Shown here one piece after another: positions 12,010-26,837 of a stretch of DNA of 64,000 bases. The position numbers were made by a program, and so were the translations under genes. The stretch's first letter is position 1. The number at the start of each line of letters is the position of its first letter. Where the stretch lies: positions 16,182,001 to 16,246,000 of the forward strand of contig NW_026262734.1 of the NCBI RefSeq assembly GCF_021869535.1, written 5' to 3'. The notes below the pieces were generated by a model that made no database searches, was not told where the DNA came from, and worked only from the letters and a program-made list of their open reading frames with translations. Source of the stretch: Mytilus californianus. Lineage: Eukaryota.

Positions 12010-12950
12010 CATTAAGTGTATATAGTTTCTGTCTTACTACTTCTTTAGTTTTTGCACAAAACACAAAAGGGTAACAAAAAATCCTCATTTAAGGGCAAAC
12101 ACTCCTATAAAGAGTGACAGTCTACTAACTAAAATTGACTTGTAAGTAGAACTTGTCTTTGCTAATCATTTTTGCTTTTTTAAGTTTCTATCTTTCTATC
12201 TATTATAATTTTTATCATATGAGGCAAAACGCAAAAAAAAAACACTAAAGCGCAATAACGCCAATAAGGAGTCCTCGGACGATTTCCACCATAGTGTATT
12301 AATTGCAGATCTTGTCTTGTTGGTCATTTATGCTTATTCAAGTTTCTATCTATTATAATTTTTAAGATATAAGGCAAAAACGCAAAAAAATGGAATAAAA
12401 ATTGTCATCTAAAGGCAATAACTCTAATAAGGAGTCGACTGACGATTTCAACCATTAGACTTATTTGTAAAACTTGTCTTGCTGATCATTTTTGCAGTTT
12501 AAAGTCTCTCTCTATATATTATAGTTTTCAAGATAATAGGCAAAAATGAGAAAAAAAAAAGTAAAATTTGTCATTTGAGGGCAATAACTCCTTTAAGAAG
12601 TCGTCGGACAGTTTTTATGTAAATGGACAATTAGTAGAGCTCAACTGACATTCTGAACATTTCTTTCCCTGTCAGATTTTCTCTATTTATAACGGTTTTC
12701 AAAATGATAGACAAAACTTGCATTTTACCCCTATGTTCTATTTTTAGCCATGTCGGCCATCTTGGTTGGCAGGCGGGGTCATCGGACACATTTTAAAAAC
12801 TAGATACAATAATGATTGTGGCCAAGTTTGGTTAAATTTGGCCCAGTAGTTTCAGAGGAGAAGATTTTTGTAAAAGTTAACAGACGACGACGGACGACGG
12901 ACGCCAAGTGATGATAAAAGCTCACTTAGTCCATTGGGCCAGGTGAGCTA
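12010..12950 (-). mobile_element. HINE family A with terminal hairpin
   Basis: Matches 1-890, then a GACG microsatellite and the hairpin AGCTCACTTAGTCC-ATT-GGGCCAGGTGAGCT at about 12919-12949. Confidence 0.75.
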
Positions 12951-13469
12951 ATAATTTGAACAATTGAAACAAAACCATTGAATTATTTAGTGTAGTAGAA
13001 AATATGGATAACTCAGAATAATATGTAATTTAATATACAAACATATATCTGAGTGAAGATTATAATATACATACATAATTTGAAAATTTTGCTGTATATA
13101 CTAATCAATGTGAACGTCACATACCAGCTGCATACTGGCATACTTATAAATTGGAAGATATATTCTGATTTTAAATACATTTTTTGTTTCTATAAATGAA
13201 TTTGTATATGCAAGTCTAAATTGAAAACAACGTTCAAACCTATGATTCCGTTGGGTAAAAACCGCAATTTTTTGGAATTTGTATATATATATATATCATA
13301 ATGACATCGTCCCCTTCTGTCAACTGGATTCAAGATGCTTAATTGATACAGGTAGGATAAAAACATTTCCACATATGTATTTAGCATGCCAGTCAGTTTT
13401 TTCTGCACCACTTGATTTAATTGAATGCAATTTGTTTATTTTCGAATTATTGATGTTATTGTCATGTCA

Positions 13470-13985
13470 AATGTGAAAATTGTGACAGTTATCTATCATA
13501 CTGGCATATATCAATACTCGTATTTGCCTAATGAAAGAATGGGAATAATAGTATTTAAAAAAAGTGTGGGAATCAACTGTGATATCAATACACATCTTGA
13601 TCCAAATTTTATTCAATGGCTTACAGGAACATAAGATACTGATAAAACGCTTTCATTATTCTTATCAACTGCTTAAATTTGAAAAATCACATTTTCCACA
13701 TTAATTAGTAAATGGCAATGTAAAATAAACTTTGATTATTACAAATGAACTATATGCAAGTGGCACTATATCTAAAATAAAGAAGGTTGTTCGCCCAACC
13801 TTTTCGTAATTTAAGGACAAATAACCTAGTAAAAGTAGGCAGTTGGTGATTAAAATGGTGTATAAAGTTTCTGCAAGTCATAGAAACACACAATTATTTT
13901 CATAATATGTGTTCAACTTAGAATTTTTCACCATCTCCAAATCTTGGGTGATCACATAGATCCAGCATGGCTGAATCAAAAATGT
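13470..13985. repeat. Diverged dispersed repeat, second copy at about 27800-28320
   Basis: Collinear blocks AAAAAAGTGTGGGAATCAAC, AAAGTTTCTGCAAGTCATA and CATGGCTGAATCAAAA in both copies, same orientation. Confidence 0.75.
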
Positions 13986-14417
13986 TCCAAACCTTTGACC
14001 ATGTACAGTATTTTTCAATTAAACAACCACCGTAATAGAAATGTACAATTCAATGAATAAAAAAGGTGAGATCCCAGGGGACATCCCCATCCCTTGTCAT
14101 TTGAGAATGTTCAAATGTCTGCAATATCGTTGAGAACACTAGCCCTAAACCATGTATTTTCTCGTTTTGCATGTGAAGACATGTTGAATGATTCCCCGCT
14201 CAATTACAATTTAGAATCTTTAAATGTCTCGTAAATGTGAAATCCACACTTCTCAACCATATGTTTTGTTGGACATATGTCAAAATGCATTGAATTATCT
14301 ATAGAGTGGGTTCCAATGGGTCTTTCCCAAATCCTGCCTTTTGAGATCAATAGATGGTTGTGCCTACTATAGAAACCTATGGGTTTTTTTTGTTAAAGAC
14401 TTGAGTTCAAATTACTT

Positions 14418-17400
14418 ACAATGTTACTAGTTATTCTGGCATTGTACTTGGTAGTATGACACATTGACTCCTACAATACACAATGTAGCTAGTTATTCCG
14501 GCATTGTACTTGGTAGTATAACACATTGACTCCTACAATACACAATGTAATTAGTTATTCCGGCATTGTACTTGGTAGTATGACACATTGACTCCTACAA
14601 TACACAATATAACTAGTTATTCCGGCATTGTACTTGGAAGTATGACACACTGACTTCTACAATACACAATGTAACTAGTTATTCCGGCATTGTACTTGGT
14701 AGTATGACACATTGACTCCTACAATACACAATGTAACTAGTTATTCCGGCATTGTACTTGGTAGTATGACACATTGACTCCTACAATACACAATGTTACT
14801 AGTTATTCCGGCATTGTACTTGGTAGTATGACACATTGACTCCTACAGTATACAATGTAATTAGTTATTCCGGCATTGTACTTGATAGTATGACACATTG
14901 ACTTCTACAATACACAATGTAACTGGTTATTCCGGCATTGTACTAAGTAGTATGACACATTGACTCATACAATATACAATGTAACTAGTTATTCCTGCAT
15001 TGTACTTGGTAGTATGACACATTGACTCCTACAATACACAATGTAACTAGTTATTCCGGCATTGTACTTGGTAGTATGACACATTGACTCCTACAATACA
15101 CAATGTTACTAGTTATTCCGGCATTGTACTTGGTAGTATGACACATTGACTCCTACAGTATACAATGTAATTAGTTATTCCGGCATTGTACTTGATAGTA
15201 TGACACATTGACTTCTACAATACACAATGTAACTGGTTATTCCGGCATTGTACTAAGTAGTATGACACATTGACTCATACAATATACAATGTAACTAGTT
15301 ATTCCTGCATTGTACTTGGTAGTATGACACATTGACTCCTACAATACACAATGTAACTAGTAATTCCGGCATTGTACTTGGTAGTATGACACATTGACTC
15401 CTACAATACACAATGTTACTAGTAATTCCGGCATTGTACTTGGTAGTATGACACATTGACTCCTACAATATACAATGTAATTAGTTATTCCGGCATTGTA
15501 CTTGGTAGTATGACACATTGACTTCTACAATACACAATGTAACTAGTTATTCCGGCATTGTACTTGGTAGTATGACACATTGACTCCTACAACACACAAT
15601 GTAATTAGTTATTGCGGCATTGTACTTGGTAGTATGACACTTTGACTCCTACAATATTCAATATAACTAGTTATTCCGGCATTGTACTTGGTAGTATGAC
15701 ACTTTGACTCCTACAATACACAATGTAACTAGTTATTCCGGCATTGTACTTGGTAGTATGACACATTGACTCCTACAATACACAATGTTATTAGTTATTC
15801 CGGCATTGTACTTGGTAGTATGACACATTGACTCCTACAATACACAATGTAACTAGTTATTCCGGCATTGTACTTGGTAGTATGACACATTGACTCCTAC
15901 AATACACAATGTTACTAGTTATTCCGGCATTGTACTTGGTAGTATGACACATTGACTCCTACAATATACAATGTAATTAGTTATTCCGGCATTGTACTTG
16001 GTAGTATGACACATTGACTTCTACAATACACAATGTAACTAGTTATTCTGGCATTGTACTTAGTAGTATGTCACATTGACTCCTACAATACACAATGTTA
16101 CTAGTTATTCCGGCATTGTACTTGGTAGTATGACACATTGACTCCTACAGTATACAATGTAATTAGTTATTCCGGCATTGTACTTGGTAGTATGACACAT
16201 TGACTCCTACAGTATACAATGTAATTTGTTATTCCGGCATTGTACTTGGTAGTATGACATTGACTCCTACAATACACAATGTAACTAGTTATTCCGGCAT
16301 TGTACTTGGCAGTGTGACACATTGACTCCTACAATATACAATATAATAAGTTATTCCGGCATTGTACTTGGTAGTATGACACATTGACTTTGACTCCTTC
16401 AATATACAATGTAACTAGTTATTCCGGCATTGTACTTGGTAGTATGACACATTCACTTCTACAATATACAATGCAACTAGTTATTCCGGCATTGTACTTG
16501 GTAGTGTGACACATTCACTTCTACAATATACAATGTAACTAGTTATTCCGGCATTGTACTTGGTAGTATGACACACTGACTCCTACAATATACAATGTTA
16601 CTAGTTATTCCGGCATTGTACTCGGTAGTATGACACATTGACTCCTACAATATACAATGTAATTAGTTATTCCGGCATTGTACTTGATAGTATGACACAT
16701 TGACTTCTACAATACACAATGTAACTGGTTATTCCGGCATTGTACTAGGTAGTATGACACATTGACTCCTACAATATACAATGTAACTAGTTATTCCGGC
16801 ATTGTACTTGGTAGTATGACACATTGACTCCTACAATACACAATGTAACTAGTTATTCCGGCATTGTACTTGGTAGTATGACACATTGACTCCTACAATA
16901 CACAATGTAACTAGTTATTCCGGCATTGTACTTGGTAGTATGACACATTGACTCCTACAATATACAATGTAATTAGTTATTCCGGCATTGTACTTGGTAG
17001 TATGACACATTGACTTCTATAATACACAATGTAACTGGTTATTCCGGCATTGTACTTGGTAGTATGACACATTGACTTCTACAATACACAATGTAACTAG
17101 TTATTCCGGCATTGTACTTGGTAGTATGACACATTGACTCCTACAACACACAATGTAATTAGTTATTGCGGCATTGTACTTGGTAGTATGACACTTTGAC
17201 TCCTACAATATTCAATATAACTAGTTATTCCGGCATTGTACTTGGTAGTATGACACTTTGACTCCTACAATACACAATGTAACTAGTTATTCCGGCATTG
17301 TACTTGGTAGTATGACACATTGACTCCTACAATACACAATATTATTAGTTATTCCGGCATTGTACTTGGTAGTATGACACATTGACTCCTACAATACACA

Positions 17401-20400
17401 ATGTAACTAGTTATTCCGGCATTGTACTTGGTAGTATGACACATTGACTCCTACAATACACAATGTTACTAGTTATTCCGGCATTGTACTTGGTAGTATG
17501 ACACATTGACTCCTACAATATACAATGTAATTAGTTATTCCGGCATTGTACTTGGTAGTATGACACATTGACTTCTACAATACACAATGTAACTAGTTAT
17601 TCTGGCATTGTACTTAGTAGTATGTCACATTGACTCCTACAATACACAATGTTACTAGTTATTCCGGCATTGTACTTGGTAGTATGACACATTGACTCCT
17701 ACAGTATACAATGTAATTAGTTATTCCGGCATTGTACTTGGTAGTGTGACACATTCACTTCTACAATATACAATGTAACTAGTTATTCCGGCATTGTACT
17801 TGGTAGTATGACACATTGACTCCTACAATATACAATGTAACTAGTTATTCCGGCATTGTACTTGGTAGTATGACACATTGACTCCTACAATATACAATGA
17901 AACTAGTTATTCCGGCATTGTACTTGGTAGTGTGACACATTCACTTCTACATTATACAATGTAACTAGTTATTCCGGCATTGTACTTGGTAGTGTGACAC
18001 ATTCACTTCTACAATATACAATGTAACTAGTTATTCCGGCATTGTACTTGGTAGTATGACACATTGACTCCTACAATATACAATGTAACTAGTTATTCCG
18101 GCATTGTACTTGGTAGTATGACACATTGACTCCTACAATACACAATGTCACTAGTTTTTCCGACATTGTACTTGGTAGCATGACACATTGACTCCTACAA
18201 TACACAATGTAACTAGTTATTCCGGCATTGTACTTGGAAGTATGACACATTGACTCCTACAATACACAATGTAACTAGTTATTCCGGCTTTGTACTTGGT
18301 AGTATGACACATTGACTCCTACAATACACAATGTAACTAGTTATTCCGGCATTGTACTTGGTAGTATGACACATTGACTTCTAAAATACACAATGTAACT
18401 AGTTATTCTGGCATTGTACTTAGTAGTATGTCACATTGACACCTACAATACACAATGTTACTAGTTATTCCGGCATTGTACTTGGTAGTATGACACATTG
18501 ACTCCTACAGTATACAATGTAATTAGTTATTCCGGCATTGTACTTGGTAGTATGACACATTGACTCCTACAGTATACAATGTAATTTGTTATTCCGGCAT
18601 TGTACTTGGTAGTGTGACACATTTACTCCTACAATACACAATGTAACTAGTTATTCCGGCATTGTACTTGGTAGTGTGACACATTGACTCCTACAATATA
18701 CAATGTAATTAGTTATTCCGGCATTGTACTTGGTAGTATGACACATTGACTCCTACAATATACAATGTTACTAGTTATTCCGGCATTGTACTTGGTAGTA
18801 TGACACATTGACTTTGACTCCTACAATATACAATGTAACTAGTTATTCCGGCATTGTACTTGGTAGTATGACACATTCACTTCTACAATATACAATGCAA
18901 CTAGTTATTCCGGCATTGTACTTGGTAGTGTGACACATTCACTTCTACAATATACAATGTAACTAGTTATTCCGGCATTGTACTTGGTAGTATGACACAT
19001 TGACTCCTACAATATACAATGTAACTAGTTATTCCGGCATTGTACTTGGTAGTATAACACATTGACTCCTACAATATACAATGAAACTAGTTATTCCGGC
19101 ATTGTACTTGGTAGTGTGACACATTCACTTCTACATTATACAATGTAACTAGTTATTCCGGCATTGTACTTGGTAGTGTGACACATTCACTTCTACAATA
19201 TACAATGTAACTAGTTATTCCGGCATTGTACTTGGTAGTATGACACATTGACTCCTACAATATACAATGTAACTAGTTATTCCGGCATTGTACTAGGTAG
19301 TATGACACATTGACTCCTACAATATACAATGTAACTAGTTATTCCGGCATTGTACTTGGTAGTATGACACATTGACTCCTACAATACACAATGTTACTAG
19401 TTATTCTGGCATTGTACTTGGTAGTATGACACACTGACTCCTACAATACACAATGTAACTAGTTATTCCGGCATTGTACTTAGAAGAATGACACATTGAC
19501 TCCTACAATATACAATGTAACTAATTATTTCGGCATTGTACTTGGTAGTATGACACATTCACTCCTACAATATACAATGTAACTAATTATTCCGGCATTG
19601 TACTTGGTAGTATGACACATTGACTCCTACAAAACACAATGTAACTAGTTATTCCGGCATTGTACTTGGTAGTATGACACATTCACTCCTAGAATATTCA
19701 ATATAACTAGTTATTCCTGCATTGTACTTGGTAGTATGACACATTGACTCCTACAATACACAATGTTATTAGTTATTCCGGCATTGTACTTGGTAGTATG
19801 ACACACTGACTCCTACAATATACAATGTAACTAGTTATTCCGGCATTGTACTTGGTAGTATGACACATTGACTTTGACTCCTACAATATACAATGTAACT
19901 AGTTATTCCGGCATTGTACTTGGTAGTATGACACATTGACTCCTACAATACACAATGTTATTAGTTATTCCGACATTGTACTTGGTAGTATGACACACTG
20001 ACTCCTACAATATACAATGTAACTAGTTATTCCGGCATTGTACTTGGTAGTATGACACATTGACTTTGACTCCTACAATACACAATGCAACTAGTTATTC
20101 CGGCATTGTACTTGGTAGTATGACACATTGACTTTGACTCCTACAATATACAATGTAACTAGTTATTCCGGCATTGTACTTGGCAGTATAACACATTGAC
20201 TCCTACAATATACAATATAACTAGTTATTCCGGCATTGTACTTGGTAGTATGACACACTGACTCCTACAATATACAATGTAACTAGTTATTCCGGCATTG
20301 TACTTGGTAGTATGACACATTGACTTTGACTCCTACAATACACAATGTAACTAGTTATTCCGGCATTGTACTTTGCAATTTGACACATTGACTCCTACAA

Positions 20401-22837
20401 TATACAATATAACTAGTTATTCCGGCATTGTACTTGGTAGTATGACACATTGACTCCTACAATATACAATGTTACTAGTTATTCCAGCATTGTACTTGGT
20501 AGTGACATATTGACTCCTACATTATACAATTTAACTAGTTATTCTGGCATTGTACTTGGTAGTATGACACATTGACTCCTACAATATACAATGTTACTAG
20601 TTATTCCGGCATTGTACTTGGTAGTATGACACATTGACTCCTACAATACACAATGTTACTAGTTATTCCGGCATTGTACTTGGTAGTATGACACATTGAC
20701 TCCTACAATATAACTAGTTATTCCGGCATTGTACTTGGTAGTATGACACATGGACTCCTACAATATACAATATAACTAGTTATTCCGGCATTATACTTGG
20801 TATTAATACACACTGACTCCTACAATACACAATGTTATTAGTTATTCCGGCATTGAACTTGGTAGTATGACACGTTGACTCCTCCAATATACAATGTAAC
20901 TAGTTATTCCGGCATTGTACTTGGTAGTATGACACATGGACTCCTACAATATACAATATAACTAGTTATTCCGGCATTATACTTGGTATTAATACACACT
21001 GACTCCTACAATACACAATGTTATTAGTTATTCCGGCATTGAACTTGGTAGTATGACACATTGACTCCTACAATATACAAAGTTATTCTGGCATTGTACT
21101 TGGTAGTATGACACATTGACTCCTACAATATACAATGTAACTAGTTATTCTGGCATTGTACTTGGTAGTATGACACATTGACTTTGACTCCTACAATATA
21201 CAATGTAACTAGTTATTCCGGCATTGTACTTGGTAGTATGACACATTCACTTCTACAATATACAATGCAACTAGTTATTCCGGCATTGTACTTGGTAGTG
21301 TGACACATTCACTTCTACAATATACAATGTAACTAGTTATTCCGGCATTGTACTTGGTAGTATGACACACTGACTCCTACAATATACAATGTTACTAGTT
21401 ATTCCGGCATTGTACTTGGTAGTATGACACATTGACTCCTACAATACACAATATAACTAGTTATTCCGGCATTGTACTTGGTATTATGACACACTGACTC
21501 CTACAATACACAATGTTATTAGTTATTCCGGCATTGTACTTGGTAGTATGACACATTGACTCCTACAATACACAATGTAACTAGTAATTCCGGCATTGTA
21601 CTTGGTAGTATGACACATTGACTCCTACAATACACAATGTAATAAGTTATTCCGGCATTGTACTTGGTAGTATGACACACTGACTCCTACAATATACAAT
21701 GTAACTAGTTATTCCGGCATTGTACTTGGTAGTATGACACATTGACTTTGACTCCTACAATATACAATGTAACTAGTTATTCCGGCATTGTACTTGGTAG
21801 TATGACACATTGACTCCTACAATACACAATGTTATTAGTTATTCCGGCATTGTACTTGGTAGTATGACACACTGACTCCTACAATATACAATGTAACTAG
21901 TTATTCCGGAATTGTACTTGGTAGTATGACACATTGACTTTGACTCCTACAATACACAATGTAACTAGTTATTCCGGCATTGTACTTGGTAGTATGACAC
22001 ATTGACTTTGACTCCTACAATATACAATGTAACTAGTTATTCCGGCATTGTACTTGGCAGTATAACACATTGACTCCTACAATATACAATATAACTAGTT
22101 ATTCCGGCATTGTACTTGGTAGTATGACACACTGACTCCTACAATATACAATGTAACTAGTTATTCCGGCATTGTACTTGGTAGTATGACACATTGACTT
22201 TGACTCCTACAATACACAATGTAACTAGTGATTCTGGCATTGTACTTTGCAATTTCACACATTGACTCCTACAATATACAATATAACTAGTTATTCCGGC
22301 ATTGTACTTGGTAGTATGACACATTGACTACTACAATATACAATGTAACTAGTTATTCCGGCATTGTACTTGGTAGTATGACACATTGACTCCTACAATA
22401 CACAATGTAACTAGTTATTCCGGCATTGTACTTGGTAGTATGACACAATGACTCCTACAATACACAATGTAACTAGTTATTCCGGCATTGTAATTGGTAG
22501 TATGACACATTGACTCCTACAATACACAATGTAACTAGTTATTCCGGCATTGTAATTGATAGTATGACACATTGACTCCTACAATACACAATGTAACTAG
22601 TTATTCCGGCATTGTAATTGGTAGTATGACACATTGACTCCTACAATACACAATGTAACTAGTTATTCCGGCATTGTAATTGGTAGTTTGACACATTGAC
22701 TCCTACAATACACAATGTAATTAGTTATTCCGGCATTGTACTTGGTAGTTTGATACATTGACTCCTAAAATACACAATATAACTAGTTATTCCGGCATTG
22801 TACTTGGTAGTATGACAAATTGACTCCTACAATACAA
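14418..22837. repeat. 62-bp satellite array, about 8.4 kb, about 135 copies
   Basis: Consensus ACAATGTAACTAGTTATTCCGGCATTGTACTTGGTAGTATGACACATTGACTCCTACAATAC; 68-bp variants with a TTGACT duplication; no unique spacers. Confidence 0.98.
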
Positions 22838-22910
22838 TTGATCTTTCCATTCTAATTAAGGTAAATTTCAGGCTCACAATTTATGAATAATAAAATTGAG
22901 AATGGAAATG

Positions 22911-24510
22911 AGAAAAGAACAATTATAGCTGTTAATATCAGATTTATTAAAAATCAGTTCCTTTGGGTTTATTTTCAATTATAATCAGAGACATACATGT
23001 ATACTTTGTAGTAAAGGTACATATAGTTTGCATTAGATAACTTTTGTACTTTGTACCATTACTACATTGTACCTTAAGTTAGATTTTTAACTTTTGACAT
23101 AACTGCTGTTTTTAAGGTTATGTCCCATAAATTGTCTAAAGATTGTTTCTTCTTGAAGATTACTGAAGTTTTGTTTATTTAAAGAAAGACCTTGTTAAAG
23201 CTACCTAGCAACCATATCATTTTGTTTATTTTGTTCCAAACTTTTATTTGGAACAATTGGAGTCCGAAGGATGCGATTCAAATATTAGGAAGTTTCCCTG
23301 AAGTCTTTTATAACAAAATCAATTGAGCAAAGTACCTAGCAACTTATTTTTTCTTAAACAGTATTACACAAACTTTGACATCAAACAATGAAACTTTAAA
23401 GGATGGGATTCCAATTTTGATAAATTTTTTGAGAAGTCTCTCAAAACAATGATTTGGAAAAGCACCTAGTGGACTATGTTGGGGGAAAACATTATGACCG
23501 AAATTTTGATGGATCTATTAAATTACAAAAGGATGGAGTTCCAGATTTTGTTAATTGCCTGAAAGATTCTCTGACCAACCATTTTGAAGAAAGGTTAATA
23601 GAAACCACATATGTTTGTAACATATTGCCCAAACTTTTATTTGGAACAGTTTCTTGTGATTCCAAGATTTGTAAATTTCCGAAAGGATGATCAGCCCAAC
23701 AGTTTTTAAATAAAGGCACCTAGAAACCATATATATTGAGATTTAGCAACAAATCTATATGGAATCATTAGATTTCAAAGGCTGAAATTTTGAAGTTTGG
23801 TTAATTTCGCTAAAGTCTGTTAGAAAAATATTTATCGAGAAAAACACATAGCAATCAGAAATTTTTGGAAATATGATAAAATTTGACATTGGTCAATTGA
23901 ATTTTCAAATGATATGATTCCAATTTTGGTAAAATTTACTGGACTCTCAGAAACTGTGTCAAGATTCATTAATATTTGTCCAGTTGTTTTGGAAGACTTG
24001 TGCTAACAAGACACATGGACAGAAAAATGGATCGACAGGGAGGACTGGTGGGAGTTTTGTATGAAGGGGGTATAAGTTAACATATTGTTTCAGATTTTAT
24101 GAGTTTTATTAACAACTTAATTGTTAAAATTAGATGTGATAGAAGTAATATGTTTTCTACAGGTACAGCCATGAGTTATAAGTTTTTGTAGAGAGTTTTC
24201 TGTGTGAAACTGAAATATCTGAATCAAGAAAAGAACAATTATAGCTGTTAATATCAGATTTATTAAAAATCAGTTCCTTTGGGTTTATTTTCAATTATAA
24301 TCAGAGACATACATGTATACTTTGTAGTAAAGGTACATATAGTTTGCATTAGATAACTTTTGTACTTTGTACCATTACTACATTGTACCTTAAGTTAGAT
24401 TTTTAACTTTTGACATAACTGCTGTTTCAAGGTTATGTCCCATAAATTGTCTAAAGATTGTTTCTTCTTGAAGATTACTGAAGTTTTGTTTATTTAAAGA
24501 AAAACCTTGT
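22911..24510. repeat. Two near-identical 285-bp direct repeats (22911-23195, 24227-24510) around about 1 kb of degenerate repeat
   Basis: Only a few differences between the copies. The interior has decayed periodic ACCTAG-containing units. Confidence 0.85.
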
Positions 24511-26258
24511 AACATTGCAACATTAAAACATACCAAGAAGTTCATGTTGTTGGATTTTCACTGTTTCAGACGTTATCATTCCAGAGTAATGTACCTTGAA
24601 TTGTTAACAATGGTTAACTTTGGAACATTTCTACCTGCCATGCTATGTATACTCAACACCAAAACCTTTTCGGTTTTCAATTAGTATATTTAAATTAGGA
24701 AGCATAATTTTCCTTGTTTAAAATTATGGTAACAGATAATCAGCTTTTATTTGGTGTCCATTGTAAATTAGTCACATTGAAATTAACAAATAAGAGAAAA
24801 ATATTTAATTTACATTCAAATATAGGACATGGTTTAACAAAATTGTAATAATAATAAATAAATAAACAATGCAACTATAAATGGTAATAACAACTTGAAA
24901 AGGATTTCTGACTGAATGTGTAACTTAACCTGCCACAAGTCAACTGAAAAATTAATTTAATGCTTTTTGATTTATACATGTTTTGTCTTAAACCTGCAAA
25001 AGTTAGATAATAAGTCAGACAGGGATACTCAATCTTCAAAATAATCCTGAGATGAGATTGGTTGATTGATGCTTGGGACTATTAGTTCGGTGGCAGTGAA
25101 CATTCAGGACCAGAACAAATTAACTATTTTCACAAATGTAGGTTCTGCAAGGGGGAACAACTTGGATGAATGGCAGGAAATTTTGACTGTCGCTAAAAAA
25201 TCAGGAGGAGAAATACTGGTTAGAAACTTGATCAAGGAAGTACGATACCGCCTGTAAAACACAAAGCAGTCTCTATTACTGTTACTCGGGTTATTTTTTT
25301 GTAGGGATATTTATGTGGTTTTTACCCAAAAAGAATCGGTTATGTTTTGGTGTGTTTAATTTTGGCACTTGTGGAAATGGTCATAAATTCACAAGGGAAT
25401 GGTTTATATTAAGTACTGGTTTTAAAAACATTTGTATGCTTATTTGTGGTTATGTCAACATGAGATAACAGAAACAAAACATTATTATGATATGTTATTT
25501 CTCATCATACAATTACATTCTTTTTGTTACCAAATAACAGCACAATATCACTATGAATAGCTGGTAACTGAGTATGAACCATATTTAAGTTAAAAGTAGG
25601 TTACTGGAATGGAGTTCATATGTAACTAATCGATACACATCATAAAACAAAAATCACAAACTAACAACCCAATTTTATTCAAACATTATTCAAGTTATAA
25701 CCATCACATCAAACTGAGGACAGAACATAAGAAAATCCAATGGACAGAAATGCATTTTTTCAGATGTAATGTTGAGGTGTAATGGCTAAAATATAATATT
25801 GCAATGTTGAAACCCAAACAAATCATTCAGGTTACTATATGGAAACAAAGATGATGATTTATTTTCAAGGGGCATATCTCCAAAATGTAGACAATGATTC
25901 TGTGGAAATTAAATACAGATTTATTTTTTTTTAAATGTTTGTGTGAAATAAAAGATAATTTACAAACAAATAAGAGTGAATAAAATACAAATTTTCATTT
26001 TTTGTAGTCTTAAAGATGAGTATTTTTTTCTATTTCAACTTGGTTAATTCTCTTTACAATGGAAGTTTGGTTCAGTCTTAACAATAAAATAAATGCATAG
26101 ATACAATGTCATACAGCTTCTTCTCTGATGATTTGATACATTTTATTTCTTGTAAATATTTTTCCAACCTTCAATATGAAGATTAGATATATTTTATTTC
26201 TTTTAGATATTGTTCCAACCATCAATAAATGTATTATACTATTTTTTGTAATGTTAGA

Positions 26259-26837
26259 TCATGAAATCTTGACACGCTTTACCATTGGTTCACCGATTGT
26301 TTCTACACTATCTTCTGTAGCCATTTCAACCATTACGTTAGCACACTTAGGATCACCAGTGTCTTCATACTGTATACACACAACAAACGGATCACCTGAA
26401 CCACTTTTCTCAAAGTGAACTTTAGTACCCTCTATTTTATGTTCGGAAGATTCGTCAGTAATTTCATTATTGCCATTACAAATGTTTTCTGCGATAGCCT
26501 CCTCTAAGTTCATACTTGTTGGCATATCTAAGTTAGAACTGGAAACATTGTCTGTGGATGAACACATACTGGTGGCAGGGGACACCTCCTGTCCAAGTTC
26601 TATACTGTTTTGTGGCAGGTATTGATGGTTCTCGGTTGACATTGTATTTAATATTAAAGGAACTGGTTTATATTCACGTTTAAGATTAAGTAAATGTTGA
26701 TGAAGTAAACTCCTGTGTTGATTTTCCATTTGTTTAAGAATGTTTTCTATATTTTTGTCTAGGGGTACACTCAACTGTTCTAAATAATCCTGTTCACGCT
26801 TCTGATATTCTGCTATTTCATTTCGCAATTCATTAAC
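26259..26837 (-). CDS. Terminal exon of the zinc-finger gene (coiled coil, acidic tail, basic C-terminal PMVKRVKIS)
   Basis: Acceptor TTTTGTAG at 26838; 193 codons to the stop. Confidence 0.8.
   Translation of the reverse strand, partial: VNELRNEIAEYQKREQDYLEQLSVPLDKNIENILKQMENQHRSLLHQHLLNLKREYKPVPLILNTMSTENHQYLPQNSIELGQEVSPATSMCSSTDNVSSSNLDMPTSMNLEEAIAENICNGNNEITDESSEHKIEGTKVHFEKSGSGDPFVVCIQYEDTGDPKCANVMVEMATEDSVETIGEPMVKRVKIS

Noticed and set aside
14418-22837. CRISPR-like array of palindromic repeats
   Set aside because: Units are contiguous with no unique spacers, there are no cas genes, and the context is eukaryotic; this is a satellite.
23454-25257. ORFs 23454-23690 and 25066-25257 as genes
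   Set aside because: They lie in decayed repeats, with no splice context or recognisable motifs.
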